This document shows, piece after piece, positions 25,266-32,000 of a DNA stretch of 32,000 nucleotides. Made by a program: the position numbers and the translations under genes. The stretch covers positions 7,794 to 39,793 of the forward strand of contig JASFHE010000003.1 in the NCBI GenBank assembly GCA_050123415.1. Reading direction: 5' to 3'. The DNA comes from Desulfobacteraceae bacterium. Lineage in GTDB: Bacteria; Desulfobacterota; DSM-4660; Desulfatiglandales; HGW-15. The notes beneath the pieces were generated by a model. That model was not told the DNA's origin. It was given only the letters and a program-made list of their open reading frames with translations, and did not search any database. The number at the start of each line of letters is the position of its first letter. The first letter of the stretch is position 1.

Positions 25266-26588
25266 CTAGTTTCCTTTTGCAAGGAGTTTTGTCATTTCTG
25301 CTACCGATGCTTCCATTGTACTTCCCTCAAGCATGTCCTGTCTTAAAAAATTGTTCAGGGAGTCTATCATTTGAAGGGCAAGGTCAGTATTTCTGTTATT
25401 GCCTTTTTCATATGCCCCTAAGTTTACAAGGTCTTCTATCTTAGCGTAATCCGCAAGGATTCTTCGGAATTTGTATGATAAATCAAGATGGTTCCTGGGC
25501 ACCACATCGGTCATTAACCTGCTTATGCTTGAGAGCACGTTGACGGCAGGGTAGTGACCTTTCGCCGCAAGAGACCTGTCCAGTACAATATGCCCGTCCA
25601 CAATGGATCTTACCGCGTCGGCGATTGGTTCATTCATGTCGTCGCCTTCGACAAGAACCGTGTATATACCGGTTATCGAACCGTCACATGTACTGGTTCC
25701 CGCTCTTTCGAGTAGTTTTGGCAAATGGGAAAATGTACTTGGCGGATATGCCTTGCTGGTTGGCGGTTCTCCTGCAGACAGCCCGATCTCTCTTACCGCC
25801 ATTGCAAACCTTGTAACCGAATCCATCATGAGAAGTACATCCTTGTTTTGTTCCCGGAAGAATTCGGCTATCGCGGCAGTAAGGTACGCGCCCCTCATCC
25901 TGATGAGGGGAGAAGTGTCAGATGTAGCCGCGATAACGATGGATCTTTTTAGACCTTCCTCTCCAAGGTCGCGTTCGATAAACTCTTTTACTTCTCTCCC
26001 TCTTTCCCCGATAAGACCGATTACATTGATATCAGCCTTTGTGAATTTTGACATCATTCCGAGGAGTTTACTTTTCCCTACACCTGACCCTGCCATTATG
26101 GCAGTCCTTTGCCCCTTTGCCAGGGTATTCAGACAGTCAATTGAACGCACACCCACGGTAAGAGGTTCCATGATACGGTTTCTCGCGAGCGGGTTTATCG
26201 GATGCGAGTATAAGGGAATAGTCGTATCAATTTTTATTGGCTGTCCATCGTCAAGGGGATTGCCCAGACCGTCCAGCACTCTTCCGAGCATGTCATATCC
26301 AACGTCGATTGATGCCGCAAAACTCAGCGCTGTTATTGAACTGCCCGGTTCAACGCCATCGGCTTTTTCGAGAGGCATGAGAAGAATGTTCTGGTCTCTG
26401 AATCCTATTACTTCGGCATTGATAGGTTCTTCCATGTTCCTTGAGAGTATCTGGCAGATACCGCCAACAGGCATTGCCGGACCATTACCCTCGATCACAT
26501 TGCCCACAACCTTGGTAACCTGGCCTTCAACAGTGATCGGAGATATGGAATTGATTTTTTCAAAATATCTGTCAAGGGCTATTTTCAT
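25266..26588 (-). CDS. fliI: Flagellum-specific ATPase FliI
   Basis: 440 aa. Walker A GSGVGKSKLLGMM, Walker B VLLMMDSVTRFA, and F1/T3SS-ATPase colinearity. There is an ATGA overlap with the fliH stop. Confidence 0.96.
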   Translation of the reverse strand: MKIALDRYFEKINSISPITVEGQVTKVVGNVIEGNGPAMPVGGICQILSRNMEEPINAEVIGFRDQNILLMPLEKADGVEPGSSITALSFAASIDVGYDMLGRVLDGLGNPLDDGQPIKIDTTIPLYSHPINPLARNRIMEPLTVGVRSIDCLNTLAKGQRTAIMAGSGVGKSKLLGMMSKFTKADINVIGLIGERGREVKEFIERDLGEEGLKRSIVIAATSDTSPLIRMRGAYLTAAIAEFFREQNKDVLLMMDSVTRFAMAVREIGLSAGEPPTSKAYPPSTFSHLPKLLERAGTSTCDGSITGIYTVLVEGDDMNEPIADAVRSIVDGHIVLDRSLAAKGHYPAVNVLSSISRLMTDVVPRNHLDLSYKFRRILADYAKIEDLVNLGAYEKGNNRNTDLALQMIDSLNNFLRQDMLEGSTMEASVAEMTKLLAKGN

Positions 26589-27328
26589 AGCATACCGCGT
26601 GTAATCATGAGATATTCTTTATCAATGACCTTGATGATTTCATCGAGCTGATCATCGATTGTGGCATTTACCCTGCCAAATCCCGTTTCAAGCATGCATC
26701 CGCCCTTTCCGACCGTGGGATCTTCCGTCAGTTGGAAATTGCCTCCCTTTGTCAACCTGGCCAGGTCGGGGAGCATCTTTTTCACCTCTTCCATGTCTTC
26801 GGGATTTATGATTATGCGGACCTTTCTCTTATCAGTTAAAAACTTTGCCGCGGATCTGATGCTGTGTCTTATTACGGCCTCACCTGTCTTTATCTCTTCA
26901 CCGATAACTTTTTTTACAATCAGTTCAACAAGACTGAGCATTTCTCCTTCGGAGTCACGGAATATCTGTACCTTGAGGTCCCTTAATTCGGCCATCAGTG
27001 CTTCATACTGTTTTCCCATCTCCGCCATCTTGGATTTTTCCAGATCAAGACCGTCTTTCTGGCCCTGGGCAAAGCCTTTTTCATATGCCTCCCTTTCAAG
27101 CCTGGCTATCTTTGTCTTGAAATCTTCCTCCGTGGTGGGGTCTTCCCTTTCGATGGCCGGGAAGTTCCATGATCTAACGGAGTCATCGGTTTTGGCTATT
27201 GAGCCGGAAGGGGCCTGACTGCCCTCAGGGGGCGTTTCATCTGCCTGAAACGACTCAACATTGTACAGCGGGGAGTAATCATCTTTTAAATGACTAGACA
27301 AGGACGTCTTCTCCTCCCTTGCTGCCAA
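26585..27328 (-). CDS. fliH: Flagellar export ATPase regulator FliH
   Basis: 247 aa. It has IARLEREAYEKGFAQGQKDG and the C-terminal region GGCMLETGFGRVNATIDDQLDEI typical of FliH. The ORF-track start is a TTG (27326-27328). An alternative TTG at 27301 has a stronger SD (GGAGGAG). Confidence 0.85.
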   Translation of the reverse strand: MAAREEKTSLSSHLKDDYSPLYNVESFQADETPPEGSQAPSGSIAKTDDSVRSWNFPAIEREDPTTEEDFKTKIARLEREAYEKGFAQGQKDGLDLEKSKMAEMGKQYEALMAELRDLKVQIFRDSEGEMLSLVELIVKKVIGEEIKTGEAVIRHSIRSAAKFLTDKRKVRIIINPEDMEEVKKMLPDLARLTKGGNFQLTEDPTVGKGGCMLETGFGRVNATIDDQLDEIIKVIDKEYLMITRGML

Positions 27329-28301
27329 GCACTATTTTCCCTTCTTCTTCAAGTCTTCTGGCTGCCTTGACTATATTGAGCTGGGCCTGTTCAACATCCT
27401 TGAGTTTAACCGGGCCCATTACTTCCATATCTTCCTTCATCATTTCAGCGGCGCGCTGGCTGATGTTGCTGAATATTTTTTCAGCCAGTTCTTCGGAACT
27501 TGTCTTAAGGGCCAGTATCAGTTCATCATTGCTGACTTCCTTAAGCAGCGCCCTGATTGAGCGGTCGTCAAGGGTGACAAGATCCGCGAATACGAACATT
27601 TTCTGTCTTATTTCATCTGCCAGTTCTTCTCTTACCGTTTCTATTTTGTCAAATATATTGTTTTCAGTCTGGTTATCCAGGTTGTTTAATATTTCTGCTG
27701 CCGCTTCAATACCTCCCTGGTTGGATTGTGTTTCGTTACCCATATCTGACAGCATTTCTTCCACAACATCATGCACCTCATCCACTATATCGGAAGGTAC
27801 ATCATCAAGGTCTGCTATCCGTATAATTACTTCTCCCTGGAGATGTTCAGGAAGGAATTTGATGATTTCCGCTGCTGTCTGGTATTTCATGTTTACCAGT
27901 ATAAGCGCGATAGTCTGGGGATGTTCTGTCATTAGCATATTGGCCAGGATTGTCGGATTGTAAGTGCTTAGTTTTTCAAATGATTTTTCCTGTCCTTTTG
28001 AAAGCAGGTCGCCAAGGAGTTCATCAGCCTTTTTTATATCAAATGCCTTTGGCATTGTTTTCTGAAGAAAATCCTTGCCGGAAAGACCCAGGCTTCCGTC
28101 TCCCATCTCCTTTGAAAATTCATCCATCACCAGTGATACGGTTCTTGAATCAACCTTTTTGATTGTTGCCATCTCCTCGCCGAGCAGTTTTACCTCCCTG
28201 TCATCAAGGTGGCGGAATACTTCGGCCGTAAAGTTTTCACCCATTACCATAAGGAATATGGCAGCCTTTTTTTTGCCTTCTAAAAAAGAGATGCTTTCCA
28301 A
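27294..28301 (-). CDS. fliG: Flagellar rotor/switch protein FliG
   Basis: 335 aa. It has GKKKAAIFLMVMGENFTAEVFRHLDDREVKLLGEEMA, and a C-terminal torque helix region (IRALLKEV...LALKTSSEELAEKIFSNISQRAAEMMKEDME). The start codon is TTG (28299-28301), directly after the fliF TAA, with SD GAGGTG 6 nt upstream. Confidence 0.93.
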   Translation of the reverse strand: MESISFLEGKKKAAIFLMVMGENFTAEVFRHLDDREVKLLGEEMATIKKVDSRTVSLVMDEFSKEMGDGSLGLSGKDFLQKTMPKAFDIKKADELLGDLLSKGQEKSFEKLSTYNPTILANMLMTEHPQTIALILVNMKYQTAAEIIKFLPEHLQGEVIIRIADLDDVPSDIVDEVHDVVEEMLSDMGNETQSNQGGIEAAAEILNNLDNQTENNIFDKIETVREELADEIRQKMFVFADLVTLDDRSIRALLKEVSNDELILALKTSSEELAEKIFSNISQRAAEMMKEDMEVMGPVKLKDVEQAQLNIVKAARRLEEEGKIVLGSKGGEDVLV

Positions 28302-29894
28302 TTAACTCACCTCGTTAAGCCAGGTTTTAATAATATCTGCTGCAATATCAGGGTTCTGTTTTGTCGCCTCAAGGAGTTTGAGTTTATCATTCTGCCTTAC
28401 CTGCATGTCAGGTGTGGGTGAAGATAGTTCTTCATGCCTGCTTCCCTGTGAAAGTGCTCTTGTTGATACATACTCACTCGTTTGATTCAGCCATTTTTTA
28501 AAGGGTTTGATTGCGATAAGAAAAAACAGGGCTATCATTAAAATATTCAGGATCGGCTTGCTTCCTTTTTTAAGATAACCCATCCAGCCATCAGAGCCTG
28601 ATCCCGCCGGCATATCTTCAAGACTGTCTTTATCCATGCTGAATGGAACATCATTGGATACCGTCACCTGGTCTCCACGCTCTGGATCAAAACCAATGGC
28701 ATTTTTTACTATGTCCTCAAAGGTCTTTTTCTCTTTTCTGCTGTATCCCTTAAATACCTTTGTTAGATTTCCTTCATCATTTGTGGCGGTTTCATATGGA
28801 CCGTCTATGATTACCGAGGCTGAAAGACGCTGTATCTGACCTGATTCATTAATGGTCTGGCGGTTCAGCCTGTTTATTCTGTAATTAATTGTTGAACTTT
28901 CTTTTTCATAAAGGTTGGATGCCGTTCCTGACAGCTCGGAACCTGTCTGAACTCCCTGATTTAACAGGTCCGGGGAACCCTGAGCTATTTTGTTGCCGTC
29001 GCTTGAGCTTTCCTTCTGTCTCTGTTCACTGTATATTACCTGACTGTCAGGATCATATTTTTCTTCGGTTTCATTGGTTCTTTCGTAATCGACATCAACC
29101 GATACCTTTGCAACAACCTTGTTCATGCCTACAACAGGTTCCAGCATGCTGATAATCTGTTTTTCATAGGTCTCTTCAAGCCTGCGCTGATATTCGAACT
29201 GATCATTACTGATATTCCCTAATCCGTTCTTGTCATCCCCTTTTGTCAGGATGCCGCCTTCCATGTCCACGACAGATACTTTTTCCGGCCTCAGACCTTC
29301 AACCGAACCCGAGACAAGATTGATTATTCCCTGTAACTGTCTTTGGGTCAGCGTACTTCCGGGATGAAGTCTTAAAACAACAGACGCGGTTGCCGGTTTT
29401 TCCTCTTCCGCGAATAGTGAATCTCCGGCAGCAACAATATGAACCCTGGCATTGTCTACAGTGTCAAAACCCTTGATTGTTCTTGCAAGTTCGCCCTGCA
29501 GCGCCTGCTGATACCTGAGTTTTAACTCAAATTCAGTTGTCCCGAACGACATATTGTCAAATATCTCAAAACCTACACTGCCGCCTTTTGGCAGTATACC
29601 TTCGGCAGCCATATCCAGGCGAAGCTGGTGGACCATGTCATCAGGCACCAGAATAGTGCCTTCACCGTCCTTAAACTGATATTTTACCCCGTTTTCCTGT
29701 AATTTTTCTGTGATTTTTGAGGCCTCGACCGAATCCAGGTCTGAGAACAGCACCATATAGTTTGGCCTGTTCGTGTACGTAAACAGGGCAATAAAGCCTC
29801 CTATAACTATAGCGAATGTTATTAAAAAGGAAATTCGTTTCCCGGCTGGTATTGCCTTGAAGACTTCGATTATATTCCCGATACCTTCCGCCAT
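28302..29894 (-). CDS. fliF: Flagellar MS-ring protein FliF
   Basis: 530 aa with an N-terminal TM helix, periplasmic ring-building domains (ELARTIKGFDTVDNARVHIV), a second TM helix, and a C-terminal FliG-binding tail. Confidence 0.94.
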   Translation of the reverse strand: MAEGIGNIIEVFKAIPAGKRISFLITFAIVIGGFIALFTYTNRPNYMVLFSDLDSVEASKITEKLQENGVKYQFKDGEGTILVPDDMVHQLRLDMAAEGILPKGGSVGFEIFDNMSFGTTEFELKLRYQQALQGELARTIKGFDTVDNARVHIVAAGDSLFAEEEKPATASVVLRLHPGSTLTQRQLQGIINLVSGSVEGLRPEKVSVVDMEGGILTKGDDKNGLGNISNDQFEYQRRLEETYEKQIISMLEPVVGMNKVVAKVSVDVDYERTNETEEKYDPDSQVIYSEQRQKESSSDGNKIAQGSPDLLNQGVQTGSELSGTASNLYEKESSTINYRINRLNRQTINESGQIQRLSASVIIDGPYETATNDEGNLTKVFKGYSRKEKKTFEDIVKNAIGFDPERGDQVTVSNDVPFSMDKDSLEDMPAGSGSDGWMGYLKKGSKPILNILMIALFFLIAIKPFKKWLNQTSEYVSTRALSQGSRHEELSSPTPDMQVRQNDKLKLLEATKQNPDIAADIIKTWLNEVS

Positions 29895-29938
29895 TTCTTC
29901 TCCTGTCTAGTCCTGATTTATTAAAAGCAGGGTATAGC

Positions 29939-30241
29939 TTAAAAATTCATTCTCATTATTTCCTGGTAGGCGTCCAGGAGTTTGTTTCTTATCTGCATTA
30001 AAAATTTCATAGATAATCCGGCTTTTTCTGCCGCTATCATTACTTCATGTATATTATTGTTTTTACCTATAGCAAAATCTTCTGTCAGCCGGTCCGACTC
30101 ATTTATTTGATTGTTTACATTGGAAACCAGCTCAGCGAGTGTGTTCTGAAACGAGCCGCCATTATTTTTTTCTGTTTTATTTATTTGTGCTGAGTTGAAA
30201 AAATTATCGTAATTTCCCTGTATTTCTCCCGGACTTCTCAT
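29939..30241 (-). CDS. fliE: Flagellar hook-basal body complex protein FliE
   Basis: 100 aa. The C-terminus HEVMIAAEKAGLSMKFLMQIRNKLLDAYQEIMRM is typical of FliE. Confidence 0.9.
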   Translation of the reverse strand: MRSPGEIQGNYDNFFNSAQINKTEKNNGGSFQNTLAELVSNVNNQINESDRLTEDFAIGKNNNIHEVMIAAEKAGLSMKFLMQIRNKLLDAYQEIMRMNF

Positions 30242-30252
30242 ATGCTTCCTCC

Positions 30253-30690
30253 CTATCTGCCGATTTCTAGGGCCTTAGTGGCCATATCTTTAGCCGCCCT
30301 AATTGCCGAGGCATTGGCTTCATATGACCTGTTGGCATTGAGCATCTGGACCATCTCCTCAACCAGGTTCACATTCGGGAGATACAGGTAGCCGTCCTGG
30401 TCAGCATCCGGATGTGTAGGATCAAATATTTTTTTTAGGTCCCCGGGCACAGGGGCTATCTTTATGACCTCTACACCGTAAATATCATTATCCACCGAAT
30501 TCTTTAATTGCTCTTCAAATGATTTTTTCATCGGGACGGTCCGGAAAATGCTTGTTTTTCTTCTATAGGGTGTACCGTCTTCGGTCTTTGTAGTGTTTGA
30601 GTTTGCAAGGTTCATGGATATAACATTTAACCTTGTTCTCTGGGCAGTCATTCCGCTTGCGGCAATATCCATACATTTTAACAGATCCAT
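30253..30690 (-). CDS. flgC: Flagellar proximal rod protein FlgC
   Basis: 145 aa. It has ASGMTAQRTRLNVISMNLANSNTT and the C-terminus PNVNLVEEMVQMLNANRSYEANASAIRAAKDMATKALEIGR. Confidence 0.94.
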   Translation of the reverse strand: MDLLKCMDIAASGMTAQRTRLNVISMNLANSNTTKTEDGTPYRRKTSIFRTVPMKKSFEEQLKNSVDNDIYGVEVIKIAPVPGDLKKIFDPTHPDADQDGYLYLPNVNLVEEMVQMLNANRSYEANASAIRAAKDMATKALEIGR

Positions 30691-30693
30691 TCT

Positions 30694-31113
30694 TTACCTC
30701 CTTGAATCAATAACTGCCTTCAAGAGTTCAAACTTCTTTGAAAGTAGTCTGGTTGATGCTTCATACATAAGATTATTCTGGGACATCTTTGCCATTTCCG
30801 TATCAATGTTGAGTTCATTTGGTTTTCCATACTCCCTGACCAGTTGATAGGGATTGAAACTGTTTTCCATAATGTACTCACTGCCTGAAAGGTGCCCTGG
30901 CTCGGATTTTTCCAGTTTTATGCTTTTATTATCAAAGGCTTTCTGGAGTTCCGCCTCAAAGGGTATTCCCTTCTGGATGTATCCCGGAGTCTCTGAGTTG
31001 GCGACATTTCCTGCAATTACACTTTGCCTCACGGCCCGAAAATCAAGCACCTTTGAGAGGAGCCTTGATGTTCTGTCCATAAACATATTTTTACCGGTAA
31101 TTAATTTTTCCAT
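30694..31113 (-). CDS. flgB: Flagellar proximal rod protein FlgB
   Basis: 139 aa. It has RQSVIAGNVANSETPGY and the C-terminus MAKMSQNNLMYEASTRLLSKKFELLKAVI. SD AGGAGG lies upstream of the ATG at 31113. Confidence 0.92.
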   Translation of the reverse strand: MEKLITGKNMFMDRTSRLLSKVLDFRAVRQSVIAGNVANSETPGYIQKGIPFEAELQKAFDNKSIKLEKSEPGHLSGSEYIMENSFNPYQLVREYGKPNELNIDTEMAKMSQNNLMYEASTRLLSKKFELLKAVIDSRR

Positions 31114-31143
31114 GACACCTCCTTGTTTTCTATTTACCTTGCC

Positions 31144-31159
31144 TGCAAAAGAGATACCA
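31144..31159 (-). promoter_or_regulatory. Sigma-54 (-24/-12) promoter of flgB-flgC-fliE-fliF...fliJ
   Basis: The minus strand reads TGGTAT-ctctt-TTGCA with exact GG-N10-GC spacing. The -12 C lies 32 nt upstream of the flgB ATG. Confidence 0.72.
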
Positions 31160-31401
31160 ATCGGGATTACCTGTTTTTGCTCTTTGAAATTATAAAAACA
31201 GGGCTGTTATTTTATAAAAATACTACAGGTGATTAACCTGTAGGTTTTCTGCAACTAATTGTTTTTCTGATGAATTTTAAATAAAATGACATTTACGGGT
31301 ATCTTTGTTTTTGAATAGTGTTAAACAGGGCAGACAGGTTGAATGTTAAAGTGACAAAATTCACACCGCTTTTTTGTCAGAAATCAGTAAAAAATGTGTC
31401 G

Positions 31402-31467
31402 AAATATTGACGTTTTGATGGAATTGTTGGATTTACCGAGAATGAACGTTGGAATATGTCAATATTT
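31402..31467. repeat. 10-bp perfect inverted repeat AAATATTGAC-N46-GTCAATATTT; candidate upstream activator site
   Basis: Read directly from the sequence. It lies ~245-320 bp upstream of the flgB sigma-54 promoter. Confidence 0.35.
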
Positions 31468-31509
31468 TAACGTGGTCATCCAGGAAGAGGCAATTTCTGG
31501 ATGAAGCTT

Positions 31510-31594
31510 TCAGCGGTCAGCGGTCAGCGTTCAGCTAAGTCTTTGATTTTAATGCTTTAAGCTGACAGCTGAATGCTGATAGCTGATAGCGTTC
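31510..31594. repeat. Heptad-phased inverted repeat element (4x TCAGCNN, 22-nt spacer, 4-5x NGCTGAN)
   Basis: Left arm: TCAGCGG TCAGCGG TCAGCGT TCAGCTA (31510-31537). Right arm: AGCTGAC AGCTGAA TGCTGAT AGCTGAT AGCGTTC (31560-31594). The arms are about 19/24 complementary, and more if G-U pairs are allowed on plus-sense RNA. It lies ~35 nt downstream of the activator gene stop. Confidence 0.6.
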
Positions 31595-31628
31595 ATCAAA
31601 AACGAACGTTTTGGATGGGCAAATCAAG

Positions 31629-32000
31629 TCAGGGAAGGTCATTTTCGTATTCGTGAAGCTTATTCCTGAGAGTACGAACGCTTATACCGAGTATTTTAGC
31701 AGCATGTGTACGATTACCCTTATGATCATCCAGGGCCTTCATGATCATCTTTTTTTCCATATCTTTCAATGGAATAAGGGACTGATCAAATCCCGCCTCG
31801 GGGGGCGACTGGTCTCCAGGACCGAAAATCATTTCCAGGTCTGAAGCGGAAATATTTTCCGAGTCAACCAGAAGAGTAGATCTTTCGATAAGGTTTTCAA
31901 ATTCCCTGATATTGCCTGGCCAGTCTTTGCTTTTTAGATATGAGACTGCATCAGGTGCAAGAGTTTTTAACGGAACATTATTAAGACTGCAATGTTTTTC
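31629..32000 (-). CDS. Sigma-54-dependent transcriptional activator (NtrC/Fis family EBP); 3' end only
   Basis: The frame is open to the window edge. My translation is EKHCSLNNVPLKTLAPDAVSYLKSKDWPGNIREFENLIERSTLLVDSENISASDLEMIFGP...KKMIMKALDDHKGNRTHAAKILGISVRTLRNKLHEY. It carries the WPGN(I/V)RE(L/F)EN signature of the AAA+ sigma-54 interaction domain and a C-terminal Fis-type HTH. Confidence 0.88.
   Translation of the reverse strand, partial: EKHCSLNNVPLKTLAPDAVSYLKSKDWPGNIREFENLIERSTLLVDSENISASDLEMIFGPGDQSPPEAGFDQSLIPLKDMEKKMIMKALDDHKGNRTHAAKILGISVRTLRNKLHEYENDLP

Noticed and set aside
25603-26604. Very long plus-strand ORF (333 aa) antisense to fliI. Similar long antisense ORFs occur at 26661-27218 (fliH), 27319-27963 (fliG), 22778-23470 and 23543-23929 (fliK), and 12418-12915 (flhA).
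   Set aside because: Each lies exactly opposite a strongly conserved, clearly real flagellar gene. Their compositions are low-complexity (S/P/I/F-rich). I saw no SD at their starts. Stop-poor antisense frames are a common by-product of codon bias. Only ribosome profiling could revive them.
1-32000. I looked for CRISPR repeats, tRNA/rRNA genes, transposase, integrase or phage genes, toxin-antitoxin pairs and defence-system hallmarks.
   Set aside because: None seen. Every sizeable ORF outside the flagellar set is an alternate or antisense frame of a flagellar gene. The window does not look like an accessory or mobile island.

Overview
The window is almost entirely one minus-strand flagellar biosynthesis supercluster: 37 CDS, 36 on the minus strand. 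FlgH and FlgI (L- and P-ring proteins) show the host is a diderm bacterium. Reading 32000 to 1 on the minus strand: the 3' end of a sigma-54 enhancer-binding activator; flgB-flgC-fliE-fliF-fliG-fliH-fliI-fliJ plus a YlxF/MotE-like gene; fliK-flgD-flgE; motA-fliL-fliM-fliN-fliO-fliP-fliQ-fliR-flhB-flhA-flhF-flhG-fliA plus five poorly characterised tail genes; one plus-strand lipoprotein gene; and flgF-flgG-flgA-flgH-flgI, which runs off the window. Four well-formed sigma-54 -24/-12 promoters are readable directly, one in each of the four large minus-strand intergenic gaps. I saw no tRNA, rRNA, CRISPR array, transposase or integrase. Most of the window is canonical flagellar machinery and I do not see a clearly new system. 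The least understood parts are listed below. (1) The five genes that follow fliA in tight array (5239-7991): a FliL paralog, a 93-aa charged protein, a membrane-anchored HTH protein, a FliK-C-like protein and a standalone FlhB-CC-like protein. (2) A motA with no motB. (3) Structured repeats in the 19.1-19.5 kb and 31.2-31.6 kb regulatory gaps. (4) A repeat-built FliK ruler. All family assignments come from motif recognition by eye on the supplied translations. No database search was possible. Several starts in the ORF track are TTG rather than ATG, and I re-examined those.
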